Part shown: one piece after another, positions 32,249 through 40,269 of the stretch
Numbering within the stretch: the stretch's first letter is position 1
Layout: each line of letters begins with the position of its first letter
NCBI GenBank assembly: GCA_031426555.1
Contig: JANPLN010000036.1
Location: 10,595 to 74,594 of the forward strand
Length of the DNA stretch: 64,000 nt
DNA from: Bdellovibrionales bacterium
GTDB taxonomy: Bacteria > Bdellovibrionota > Bdellovibrionia > Bdellovibrionales > JAGQZY01
Direction of reading: 5' to 3'
The notes under the pieces: model-generated
What the model was told of the DNA's origin: nothing
Database searches by the model: none
What the model saw: only the letters and a program-made list of their open reading frames with translations
Made by a program: the position numbers and the translations under genes

Positions 32249-33013
32249 ATGACGGTCAAGCCTTTTTCAAAAGAACTCACCGAACAAATACTCTCTCAAA
32301 TCGACGCTTTTATTGCCACAAATCAAGGGCCCCACTACGCCGCGTTTGATGCCGATGGAACGCTTTGGAACTCCGATGTGGGTGAGAATTTTTTTCAATA
32401 CCAAATTGACTTTTGCGAGCTCGCTCCGCTGAAGTCATTGGACCCTTGGAAACATTATGAAAGTCTTAAAAAAAATTACCCCCCAGACGCTTATCTCTGG
32501 CTTGCACAACTTTGTGCGCCGTATCCACTGGAAGAGGTTCGCGAATGGGCCCAGGAGACTTTGACGTCTTTTCCACCCGTGGTTCTTGCCTCGCAAAAAG
32601 TGCTTATCGCGGAATTACTAAAACGAAAAATTCAGATTTTTGTTGTGAGCGCCTCGACCCACTGGGCTGTGGAAGCGGCGGTCTCGCTTGTTGGCCTTGG
32701 ACCAGAGTGTGCTTTGGGAGTGAAAACGAAAGTGGTCAACGGTCTGGTAACTAAAGAGCAAGAGGGTTCCATCACCTGGCGCGAAGGAAAGCGCACGGCA
32801 CTCCTCGAAAAAACCCAGGGAGTGGCTCCCATCTTTTGTTCCGGAAACTCTTCGGGAGACTTGCACTTACTCGAGTGCTCGTCGTTGATTCGATTGGCGG
32901 TGCAAACGCAAACGGCCTCATCCAAACATGCAGGGCTTTTTCAGGATGAACAAAAACTTTTAGGCGTTGCTAATGAGCGTGGATGGCTTACACATAATTT
33001 TAATTTGCGTTAA
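32249..33013 (+). CDS. HAD-superfamily hydrolase
   Basis: AFDADGTLW motif I, VVSAS, EGKR and GNSSGD; ATG at 32249. Confidence 0.85.
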   Translation: MTVKPFSKELTEQILSQIDAFIATNQGPHYAAFDADGTLWNSDVGENFFQYQIDFCELAPLKSLDPWKHYESLKKNYPPDAYLWLAQLCAPYPLEEVREWAQETLTSFPPVVLASQKVLIAELLKRKIQIFVVSASTHWAVEAAVSLVGLGPECALGVKTKVVNGLVTKEQEGSITWREGKRTALLEKTQGVAPIFCSGNSSGDLHLLECSSLIRLAVQTQTASSKHAGLFQDEQKLLGVANERGWLTHNFNLR

Positions 33014-34391
33014 TAAACGGAATTTTTCCCAAACGCACTTGCATTGATGCATAGGCGCGAAGCACGTCGGCTGTTGTTTCTATAATGCGAAGAGAGGCTT
33101 CGGCTGACGCCTGTTCTCGCAAATTGACGATGAGCACGTTGGTGTCGCCTTGTCGAAAGCGTGTGCGCTCACCGTTTTCTAAATATTGAGCCAATTCATG
33201 CTCCTGGATGGACAGCTCTCTTCGCTCTATCGAAACCTCTAGATTTTTTTGTAGGGCCGCAAGCTCTGCTTTCCACTGACGTTCTAAAAGCTCTCTCTCA
33301 AACTCCACCTTCCGTATATTGGCTGAAACCTGATCTCGCTGACCCTTAATGTTTCGATACTGTAGTGGCACCTGGAACTGCAAGCTGACGGTCGTATTAT
33401 CGTCGGCCAGTTTGGTTCCCCCAAAGCCGCTGTCCTTGGAATATTCTGCCTTCAAATCCAATCTTGGCAAGAATTGGTTCTGCTGCAGATCTTTGTCGAT
33501 ATTAAGCTGTGCCAGTTGCGTCGCAATGGCCGCAAACTCCGGACGGTCATTCAGCGCTCTCTTCATCAGTTCATCAACCGGCCTTTTAAATTCAGACGTC
33601 TGTTGCGGCACAAACCAACGAGACTCGATATTTTTGTCTGACAGCGAGGAGGACACCACTTTTTTTTGTAAAAGCTCACTGGATATGAATACCGCCAGTT
33701 GTGATTCGCGCGCCTTTAGCTCTAAGTCAGCTTGCAATAGAGAAGATTGCCTTAATAGCACTGTTCTTAAATTGTCTTTGCGTTCAAAAACTGGGATGTC
33801 GCCAGCTCGAGTGCGTTTTTCCAGCCACTGATCGCGAAGTTTAGCGATATCCAAAAGACTTTTCTGAATTCTCCATCTTCCGAGTGACACTTTCCAATTC
33901 CAATATGCAAAAAGTGCTTTCTCAATCTCCCGTAGTTCTGTGGCGCGAAGCTGAAGCGTTTGCCTCTCGACTTGCAATTTACTTTTATTGAACGTGGCAC
34001 GACGAGAATCGGTTAAAAATCCTCTCAAAAGAGGAAGCTTCGCCCCCAGGTTCCACTCTCCCCGGTCCAGAGTCTCTTGGTCACCGTAATAGATCGGAAG
34101 AAGCCCTCGGCTTTCGCGAAACCCGCCATAGAGATCTAAGCCAAATAGCGACGTTGGTTTTCTGATTTGTGAATCAAAGACAGAATACTCGTAGTCTCCT
34201 GTCGTATCTTTCCATTCTCCCTCGATCACTATATCAAAAGCCCCTCTTGCTGTCAGCTCCTGAGCTTCTGAAACCTTCACATCTTGTTGACTCATTTGAA
34301 CGGCAGGAAACTGTGAAATGACTTCATTAACCATCTCTGACTCTGTGACGTCGGCCCGCGTGATAAGAGCTAAAAGAATAACTGCTAACAT
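33000..34391 (-). CDS. TolC-family outer membrane efflux protein
   Basis: Signal peptide, ARGAFD, LPLLRG, FLPRLDL, QVPLQYR and ERTRFRQGD. Confidence 0.9.
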   Translation of the reverse strand: MLAVILLALITRADVTESEMVNEVISQFPAVQMSQQDVKVSEAQELTARGAFDIVIEGEWKDTTGDYEYSVFDSQIRKPTSLFGLDLYGGFRESRGLLPIYYGDQETLDRGEWNLGAKLPLLRGFLTDSRRATFNKSKLQVERQTLQLRATELREIEKALFAYWNWKVSLGRWRIQKSLLDIAKLRDQWLEKRTRAGDIPVFERKDNLRTVLLRQSSLLQADLELKARESQLAVFISSELLQKKVVSSSLSDKNIESRWFVPQQTSEFKRPVDELMKRALNDRPEFAAIATQLAQLNIDKDLQQNQFLPRLDLKAEYSKDSGFGGTKLADDNTTVSLQFQVPLQYRNIKGQRDQVSANIRKVEFERELLERQWKAELAALQKNLEVSIERRELSIQEHELAQYLENGERTRFRQGDTNVLIVNLREQASAEASLRIIETTADVLRAYASMQVRLGKIPFINAN

Positions 34392-34394
34392 AAT

Positions 34395-35426
34395 TTATTC
34401 CTTTTTATCGCTTTCATCTTTCAGTTTGGCTTTTTTGTATATCGGCAAATTACTTGGCGGGAAACCGTTAAATTGCCGCCAGATTTCCCACCCGAGCGGG
34501 ACATCGCCTAGCAACACCCAGGAGTTTGCGCGAACTCCCTGGCGCAAATAACGTGCGTCAGGCCATTCGTTTTTATCCGGAACCACAATCACTCGAAAAT
34601 TTCCCTGCCCGTCATCCAAAGCATCGATCGTTGCCACACGGCCAAAAAACGTACCCACAGATGCATCGGGCACTCCGGAGAAAAATACCGAAGGCCAACC
34701 TTCAAAGTTCAAAGCCACCTTGTGGTCTTCGTAGACCCAGGGCATATCGTTACCAGATACCCATAGTTCGACAGCGCGAGAGGTGGTCTCGGGCACGATA
34801 ACAGCAAGGGGTTCTCCAGCTTTTATATACTCAACTCCGCCAGAAGAAGTTTTTAAAATTCGTACTACAGTGCCGTCGATTGGTGCTTCGATCATCTGTT
34901 GCTCTTGTCGAGAAAGCCGGACGTCAAAGCGCGATAAATCTGCAAGGGAGGTGGCTTCATCAGATTCCAGTTTCGCTAGCTCCATTTGCGCTTGTTCTTG
35001 CTGTCTTCGCGAACTAAGTCCTTGTCGAAACAGTTCTTTTTGACGTGTCACATTCAAATAGGCTGTCTTGCGCCCCAGCTCGATGGCCTCGAATTTTTTT
35101 TCTAAAGCATCACGCTCCTTATTCATGCGGTCGATGATCTGTGGATCGTTGTCAGAAAGCTCGACAATGGGTTCGCCTTTTTTTACTTTTTGACCCTCTT
35201 GTACAAACCATTTTTGAATACGCCCCTCAATGGGGGCCGTTAGCTCTTGGCGACGTTCTTCGGGATTGAGCGCAATAACGCGTCCATACCCTTGCACCGT
35301 TTGCATCCAGGGCATAAACCCACAGAGGAGCAGAAAAAAGATTCCAGCATAGATCGTGTACTTGGAATATTTGTGCCAGATAGGCCGATCGCTTATAAGA
35401 GCCTCTAGGGAACGGTGGGAATTCAT
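34395..35426 (-). CDS. HlyD-family periplasmic adaptor subunit
   Basis: N-terminal TM, PWMQTVQG.G, lipoyl-like APIEGRI.KWFVQEGQ, APIDGTV and WEIWRQFNGFPP. Confidence 0.92.
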   Translation of the reverse strand: MNSHRSLEALISDRPIWHKYSKYTIYAGIFFLLLCGFMPWMQTVQGYGRVIALNPEERRQELTAPIEGRIQKWFVQEGQKVKKGEPIVELSDNDPQIIDRMNKERDALEKKFEAIELGRKTAYLNVTRQKELFRQGLSSRRQQEQAQMELAKLESDEATSLADLSRFDVRLSRQEQQMIEAPIDGTVVRILKTSSGGVEYIKAGEPLAVIVPETTSRAVELWVSGNDMPWVYEDHKVALNFEGWPSVFFSGVPDASVGTFFGRVATIDALDDGQGNFRVIVVPDKNEWPDARYLRQGVRANSWVLLGDVPLGWEIWRQFNGFPPSNLPIYKKAKLKDESDKKE

Positions 35427-35427
35427 T

Positions 35428-36333
35428 TTAGATCCCCATCTCTAACAGCTTTAGTTTTTTGATGGACACGGCGGAATCGTAATAATAGTCGAGGATATTA
35501 GAAAATTTAAAAAGTGAAATCAATAAACTCGTCACGATAAGTTCGCTGGCAATCAACTGGCCAATCGTCATTTGATTTTGAAACACGAGAACACCACCGA
35601 CGATAAGCAATAATGTAGCTGCCAAAATTTTGATAATAAAAAGCCCAATGGATTGCTTCATATAATTCGCATATTTTTGTTCCCGGAGACTAAAATACTC
35701 AAGGACTTCTGCTTCAACGTCGATGTCTCCTGGTCGCTCGAGAGAGTCGGCTTGCAATTCTTCGATTAACTGGTGTTTTTTATTCGACTCTAAAATCGCA
35801 AGGTTTAAAGTTTTTTTGCCCATAACTATGGTTACCCAATAAAAAGCAGAAACGAGAACAACACAGTAAATAACGAAGAAGGGATGGTATATACTGATGA
35901 GAATCATTACCAAAGCAGACTGCAATAAGAAGGTAAACCCATCAAAAAAAAGCGGAATTATACTTTTTTGAAGAGAAACCGATTCAAATATGTAATTTAA
36001 TTTTTTCTTGCTTATCGATTTTTGTGATTCTTGCGATTTTATCGCGTAGTTTTTTGTATCTTCAATTGCCTTTAAGAAAAGTCTGCGCTGGAGATATTCG
36101 GAAAGGTGCATTTGCAAAATTCGCATAACTGTAATTCCAACCAGAAAAAGTCCAATCGAAAAAACCAAAAAAACTGTTGATTGTTGAAAAACAAGCAAAG
36201 TGTATTGCTGTATCAAGGTTTGAATCAAAAATGGAATAGACAGTATCAAAAAACTACTTGCCGTTGCAAAAATAAGCATTGCACGAATACTTTTTTTGTC
36301 TGCCTTAAAATAGGCAATCATTTCTTGAATCAT
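35428..36333 (-). CDS. ABC transporter transmembrane domain only (no nucleotide-binding domain)
   Basis: About six TMs, LILSIP..IQTLI and QMTIGQLIASELIV; stop is 1 nt before the HlyD start; no Walker A/B or LSGGQ. Confidence 0.85.
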   Translation of the reverse strand: MIQEMIAYFKADKKSIRAMLIFATASSFLILSIPFLIQTLIQQYTLLVFQQSTVFLVFSIGLFLVGITVMRILQMHLSEYLQRRLFLKAIEDTKNYAIKSQESQKSISKKKLNYIFESVSLQKSIIPLFFDGFTFLLQSALVMILISIYHPFFVIYCVVLVSAFYWVTIVMGKKTLNLAILESNKKHQLIEELQADSLERPGDIDVEAEVLEYFSLREQKYANYMKQSIGLFIIKILAATLLLIVGGVLVFQNQMTIGQLIASELIVTSLLISLFKFSNILDYYYDSAVSIKKLKLLEMGI

Positions 36334-36437
36334 AGATCCTCCGCAGAATTTTCAGTATCAATGCTTTTTTAACACAGGTAAAGTGAATATTTGTTTCCCT
36401 TAATGGCGGGCTGGTTCGACGTGCTACTCAAACCGGT

Positions 36438-36506
36438 AGTATCCTCCTAAAATGCACTATCTTACAAATCGATAATAGAATTGACTTGCATCTATTTAAG
36501 CAATAC
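36438..36506 (-). promoter_or_regulatory. LysR-box promoter copy A (drives ABC-TMD/HlyD/TolC, divergent from LysR)
   Basis: GTATTGCTTAAATAGAT-N12-TATTATC-GAT-TTGTAA-N18-GATACT; aligns ungapped with copies B-D apart from a 1-nt longer spacer. Confidence 0.65.
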
Positions 36507-36528
36507 CAATTTGACTTGAGGAGTATTA

Positions 36529-37413
36529 ATGAATTTTTGGATTAATTACCACCATCTTTTTTACTTTAAAACCATCGCCGAAGAGGGCACGGTTTCCAAG
36601 GCCGCCGAAAAGCTTCGACTGGGGCAGCCAACACTATCGGCCCAACTCAAACAGTTTGAGGAAACTCTCGGCGTTAAACTTTTCGAAAGAGCTCACAAGA
36701 AGTTAATATTAACGGAGCAGGGCAAAGTAGCCCTAGATTATGCGAAAAATATTTTCAAAATGGGCTCTGAAATGTATGAGGTGCTTCACGACAGGATCAA
36801 GCCTCTAAAACCTTCTCTTCATTTGGGCGCTCTCGACAGTGTTCCAAAACAAATTGTTCTTCAGCTGGTCAAACACGCCTTCAAAATTTCGCTCTGCCAG
36901 ATCACCCTGTCCGAGGGCAAGTCAGATGAGCTCATGCGAGAACTTTCGGCCCATCGTATGGACCTAGTGGTGACAAACTTTCTGCCGACGGGCACTGATG
37001 CTAAAGGACTTTATCCTAGATCTATAACCAAGAAAAATGTCGCTTTCTTTGCGGCTCCAAAATTTAAACGGTTGAGGAAAAATTTTCCTCAATCTATTTC
37101 CGGCGAACCGATGATTTTCCCCACATACGACAGTCGACTCCGTCAAGATCTGGAACATTGGGCAAAAATCAACCATATTGAACTCAACATTATTACTGAA
37201 AGCCAGGATATATCCGTAAAAAAATTGATGGCGATTAATGAGCTCGGACTGATACCCACTGCCACCCACACAGTCACAGGACAAGTATTGCGGGGCGAGT
37301 TGATTGAAATTGGCCAACTCCAGGGAGTTTACGAAGAGCTTTTCTTGGTAAGTGCTCAAAGAAAGATTGAAAACTCAATCGCTTCAAAACTGAGAGACTC
37401 TTTTATTGTATAG
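36529..37413 (+). CDS. LysR-family transcriptional regulator, NhaR-like
   Basis: INYHHLFYF..IAEEG.VSKAAEKL.LGQPTLSAQLK..EE.LG..LFER and GALDSVPK, as in NhaR; RBS GAGGAG. Confidence 0.92.
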   Translation: MNFWINYHHLFYFKTIAEEGTVSKAAEKLRLGQPTLSAQLKQFEETLGVKLFERAHKKLILTEQGKVALDYAKNIFKMGSEMYEVLHDRIKPLKPSLHLGALDSVPKQIVLQLVKHAFKISLCQITLSEGKSDELMRELSAHRMDLVVTNFLPTGTDAKGLYPRSITKKNVAFFAAPKFKRLRKNFPQSISGEPMIFPTYDSRLRQDLEHWAKINHIELNIITESQDISVKKLMAINELGLIPTATHTVTGQVLRGELIEIGQLQGVYEELFLVSAQRKIENSIASKLRDSFIV

Positions 37414-37475
37414 CTTTTAGCATTGCAAAGTAGCAGTTTTATCTATTTTAAAATACTTGCATTCTAATTTAAGTT
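37408..37475 (+). promoter_or_regulatory. LysR-box promoter copy B (upstream of the structured element)
   Basis: GTATAGCTTTTAGCATT-N12-TTTTATC-TAT-TTTAAA-N17-TAAGTT. Confidence 0.65.
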
Positions 37476-37496
37476 GTCATGTCTTAGCTCTCAACC

Positions 37497-37610
37497 GCTT
37501 GGACTTTGTTTAAGGCGAACACGAAAGCAAAATCGCCCACTATTCAGATGGTTTTCCCTAGCCTAACCATCTTTTTTGCTTCGTGTTCAGCCTTGCTTTC
37601 GAAGTCCAGC
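37497..37610 (+). ncRNA. Candidate rod-shaped non-coding RNA of unknown family
   Basis: Nested stems: GGACTT/AAGTCC, AAGGC/GCCTT, GAACACGA-AGCAAAA/TTTTGCT-TCGTGTTC and AGATGGTT/AACCATCT; lies downstream of its own predicted promoter; strand inferred from that promoter. Confidence 0.55.
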
Positions 37611-37630
37611 CACTTACCTAGAAAAACTAC

Positions 37631-37698
37631 GTATAGATTAAAGCAATCAACCCTTATGTTTTTATCGAGTTTATTATTTTCAACAAACTCCGTAAGTT
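37631..37698 (+). promoter_or_regulatory. LysR-box promoter copy C (drives baeRF3-HPF)
   Basis: GTATAGATTAAAGCAAT-N12-TTTTATC-GAG-TTTATT-N17-TAAGTT; same spacing as copy B. Confidence 0.65.
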
Positions 37699-37718
37699 AA
37701 TTACAACAGGAGGTTTGG

Positions 37719-38834
37719 ATGACTGCGGATAGTTTAAACATTACTGCTCTAATTAATTCCAAAAAAGGTGTTCACATCTCAATCTACATTCCACGTCCCA
37801 CCAGTGACATTCACTTTAAGAGCCTGGTACAAGCGTCGCTGGCGAAATGTCTAAATCAGATTGGTACCAATCTGACTGCCGAGAAAACTGAGGAACTATT
37901 GGGACCTATTAAAGGACTGATAAACAATCCCAAAATGATATCTGGATTTAACACGAATATTGCAATTTTTAGGACAACTGAATATTTGAGGTTAGTGAGT
38001 TTGCCTACTGACATTAATTTCTCTGTGCATGTTGCCGACAGCTTTCACGTGAAGCCACTGTTAGCTTATATTAATCAAGACTATAAGTATCTATTTTTTG
38101 GATCTGACGGCAAAAAAGGATACTTATATCAAGGCTCGAAAAAGTCCTATCATTTAGTTAAGGAGTTTCTGTTTCGTACCGATGATTCTTTCGCCAGTGA
38201 TGTGAAATACAAAAATTTAAAAACTGCCGCTCAGAGAAAAAAATATCTTCTGCGAAAAAACGTAAGCTGGGTTGAAGAAGCTATTTTGGCCATCGACAGG
38301 GACCAATCGTATTCAATATTTATTTCGGCAAACACAGCGGAGACTAAAACTCTCAGAGATGCTTTAAAAAATAATCAGGTCTACTGGAGAAATGTCTCGA
38401 AAAAGTTTCATCCAGAAAACGAAAAGTCTACCATGCAGACGATTCATACCACTTTAGACTTGGAAAAGGTCATTTCTTTGAATCTATCTCTGAGCGATTT
38501 TGAAAAGCCAAACCTCCCAAGACTTGCTACTACGTATGTTTCTTATGACCTCAACGAAATTTCAAAAGCTGCGAAGCGTGGGCACGTAAAAAAGCTGTTA
38601 ATCGCTTCTGATGATAGCGTGTTTGGGAAGCTTGATGACATAAGCGGAGAAGTAAAAGTGCAAGAGGCAGACATGGACCATATCGATGACGACCTCCTTG
38701 ATGATATCGCTCAAAATGTTTTTAAATCTGGCGGTGAGGTTTTGCTTTTGAAGAAAAAATTAATGCCTTTCGGAGAACTTATTGCTGCCACGATAAAAAA
38801 TACTAAAAAAGGAGTGCTACAATGCTCAAAATAG
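37719..38834 (+). CDS. baeRF3-like (bacterial aeRF1/Pelota homologue, Balon-like) protein 1
   Basis: ISIYIP, VADSFHVKPLL, ISKAAKRGHVKKLLIA and DDDLLDDIAQNVFKSGGEV; no GGQ; RBS AGGAGG. Confidence 0.8.
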   Translation: MTADSLNITALINSKKGVHISIYIPRPTSDIHFKSLVQASLAKCLNQIGTNLTAEKTEELLGPIKGLINNPKMISGFNTNIAIFRTTEYLRLVSLPTDINFSVHVADSFHVKPLLAYINQDYKYLFFGSDGKKGYLYQGSKKSYHLVKEFLFRTDDSFASDVKYKNLKTAAQRKKYLLRKNVSWVEEAILAIDRDQSYSIFISANTAETKTLRDALKNNQVYWRNVSKKFHPENEKSTMQTIHTTLDLEKVISLNLSLSDFEKPNLPRLATTYVSYDLNEISKAAKRGHVKKLLIASDDSVFGKLDDISGEVKVQEADMDHIDDDLLDDIAQNVFKSGGEVLLLKKKLMPFGELIAATIKNTKKGVLQCSK

Positions 38835-39178
38835 CCTTTAAAAACTTAGACAAATCGCAACTTGCTTCCGACATAGTTACGGAAAGATTCGAGTTGCTAT
38901 TAAAAAAGTTCCCTGACCTGGAAGACCATAATATCGAAGTTTATTTATCTATGGAAAACTCGCCTTCACAAGTAGGACGTGACTTTTTTGCCGTGAACGT
39001 TGTTTTCACTGGCAAAAAGTACGGCAAACTTGTTGTAGAAAAGAAAAACATAAACCTGTACGTTGCCTTGGACGACTTACTACTTGTCATGCAGGAGACT
39101 TTGAATCGAAAAGGAGACAAGGTGCGCGTTCGTCGACGAACTTCATCGAGAAAACAAAAATTAACTTATGCTATCTGA
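38822..39178 (+). CDS. HPF/RaiA-family ribosome-associated protein
   Basis: MLKIAFKNLDKS...ERF...KFP..IEVYLS...VVEKKNINLYVALD...LNR pattern of the S30AE/HPF fold; 13-bp overlap with the baeRF3 gene. Confidence 0.75.
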   Translation: MLKIAFKNLDKSQLASDIVTERFELLLKKFPDLEDHNIEVYLSMENSPSQVGRDFFAVNVVFTGKKYGKLVVEKKNINLYVALDDLLLVMQETLNRKGDKVRVRRRTSSRKQKLTYAI

Positions 39179-39197
39179 AAAGGAACTTTGGACGCGA

Positions 39198-40184
39198 TTA
39201 TATGGTACTTTTATATTCGTCCCGTAGAATTCCGAAAATCACCATACTTTCTGGCATATCCGTTTGGGGCACCACAGTCACGGTCCCCTTATGCTTTATT
39301 ACAAGCTCCGACAGATCATCTAGAATATCGTCATCGTAGGAATCTACTTGCTTTAAATGGGTTGTGATCTTTTCCCTACTTGGATCTATATAGCCCCAAA
39401 CTTTTTTGTCCCCTGCTATGTAAAGACTTTTGATTTCGCCTCGCTTTGCATGGTTAAAAATGTCTTCGATGCGCGAAATAATTTTGCCTTTTATTTTTGC
39501 AGCCAGAAACTGCTCGGAAATTTTCGCCTCTAATTTTCTAAAAACTGGCTCAATATGCTTAAAGATATGTCGCAGTAATTCTCTGGTTTTTAATTTCTGC
39601 GAAATAAGTAGGGGATCTTTGTAGGAATTGTCATAGTTTGATACTGATTTAAATCTATCTATCTGATCGAGGTTACCTGTGAAAACGAGTAAGAGTTTTC
39701 TTTTTGCAAGAATGTTCATTACATAGTGGTCAATTTTTAAGTAATCTACTTGGTTTTGTGGAACTTTGAAAATATCTAAAAGAACTAAGGTCTTCATATT
39801 CACTTGAAAGAATTTTACGTTGCTATCGGCGAAAACGAGCATCGCAATGTCTTTGTTTCGCTGATGCATTTTGATGAGAGGTTTGATGTGAAAACTGGTA
39901 GAAACTACGAACAGCTCTTCTTCGCATTTAATAAGTGGCACATACATTTTTGCGTGGCTACTCAAAAAAACTGCCGCAGGAAACGTCTCTATAAGGTTTT
40001 TCCCAGCTTCGATGGATCCAAATAGCGCTAGAAACTGTTCTGCATTAAGATCTTGCCGGGCCACTCGTTGAGCTTCCTCAATTAACCTCTCAAGCTCCTT
40101 AAAATTGCTTACGTAAAAGCTCGCACAAAAATCCTGGTTTTGTGTGCCCGCGAAAAGTACGTCTTCGTAAGATACTTTTTTAAT
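39198..40184 (-). CDS. baeRF3-like protein 2, probable non-canonical ATT start (ORF track starts at GTG 40064)
   Basis: VSTSFHIKPLI, IFNHAKRGEIKSLYIA, VWGYID and DDDILDDLSELVIKHKGTV; frame open for 40 codons upstream of GTG to an ATT preceded by GAGAGGTG. Confidence 0.75.
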   Translation of the reverse strand: MKKVSYEDVLFAGTQNQDFCASFYVSNFKELERLIEEAQRVARQDLNAEQFLALFGSIEAGKNLIETFPAAVFLSSHAKMYVPLIKCEEELFVVSTSFHIKPLIKMHQRNKDIAMLVFADSNVKFFQVNMKTLVLLDIFKVPQNQVDYLKIDHYVMNILAKRKLLLVFTGNLDQIDRFKSVSNYDNSYKDPLLISQKLKTRELLRHIFKHIEPVFRKLEAKISEQFLAAKIKGKIISRIEDIFNHAKRGEIKSLYIAGDKKVWGYIDPSREKITTHLKQVDSYDDDILDDLSELVIKHKGTVTVVPQTDMPESMVIFGILRDEYKSTI

Positions 40185-40201
40185 AGAACACCTCTCTACT
40201 T

Positions 40202-40269
40202 ATTATCGGCTATTCATCTGCATTGATGAAAGTTATAATAAGTATGTTCTGCATCGTTTAAATCGAAGT
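40202..40269 (-). promoter_or_regulatory. LysR-box promoter copy D (drives baeRF3-like protein 2)
   Basis: ACTTCGATTTAAACGAT-N12-TATTATA-ACT-TTCATC-N17-GATAAT; also readable as sigma28-like TTCA-N16-GCCGATAA. Confidence 0.6.

Noticed and set aside
36395..36435. Short hairpin GGTTTGA/TCGAACC in the exporter 5' leader as a Na+/Li+ riboswitch
   Set aside because: Could not match it to the nhaA-I/II consensus by eye; needs cmscan
36447..36475. Sigma28-like promoter for LysR (TAAA-N16-ATCGATAA)
   Set aside because: The ATCGATAA is better explained as the second box of LysR cassette A on the opposite strand
37506..37700. 64-aa ORF across the hairpin, considered as a type I toxin or leader peptide
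   Set aside because: TTG start without a clear SD, runs through promoter copy C, and has no convincing TM or charge pattern
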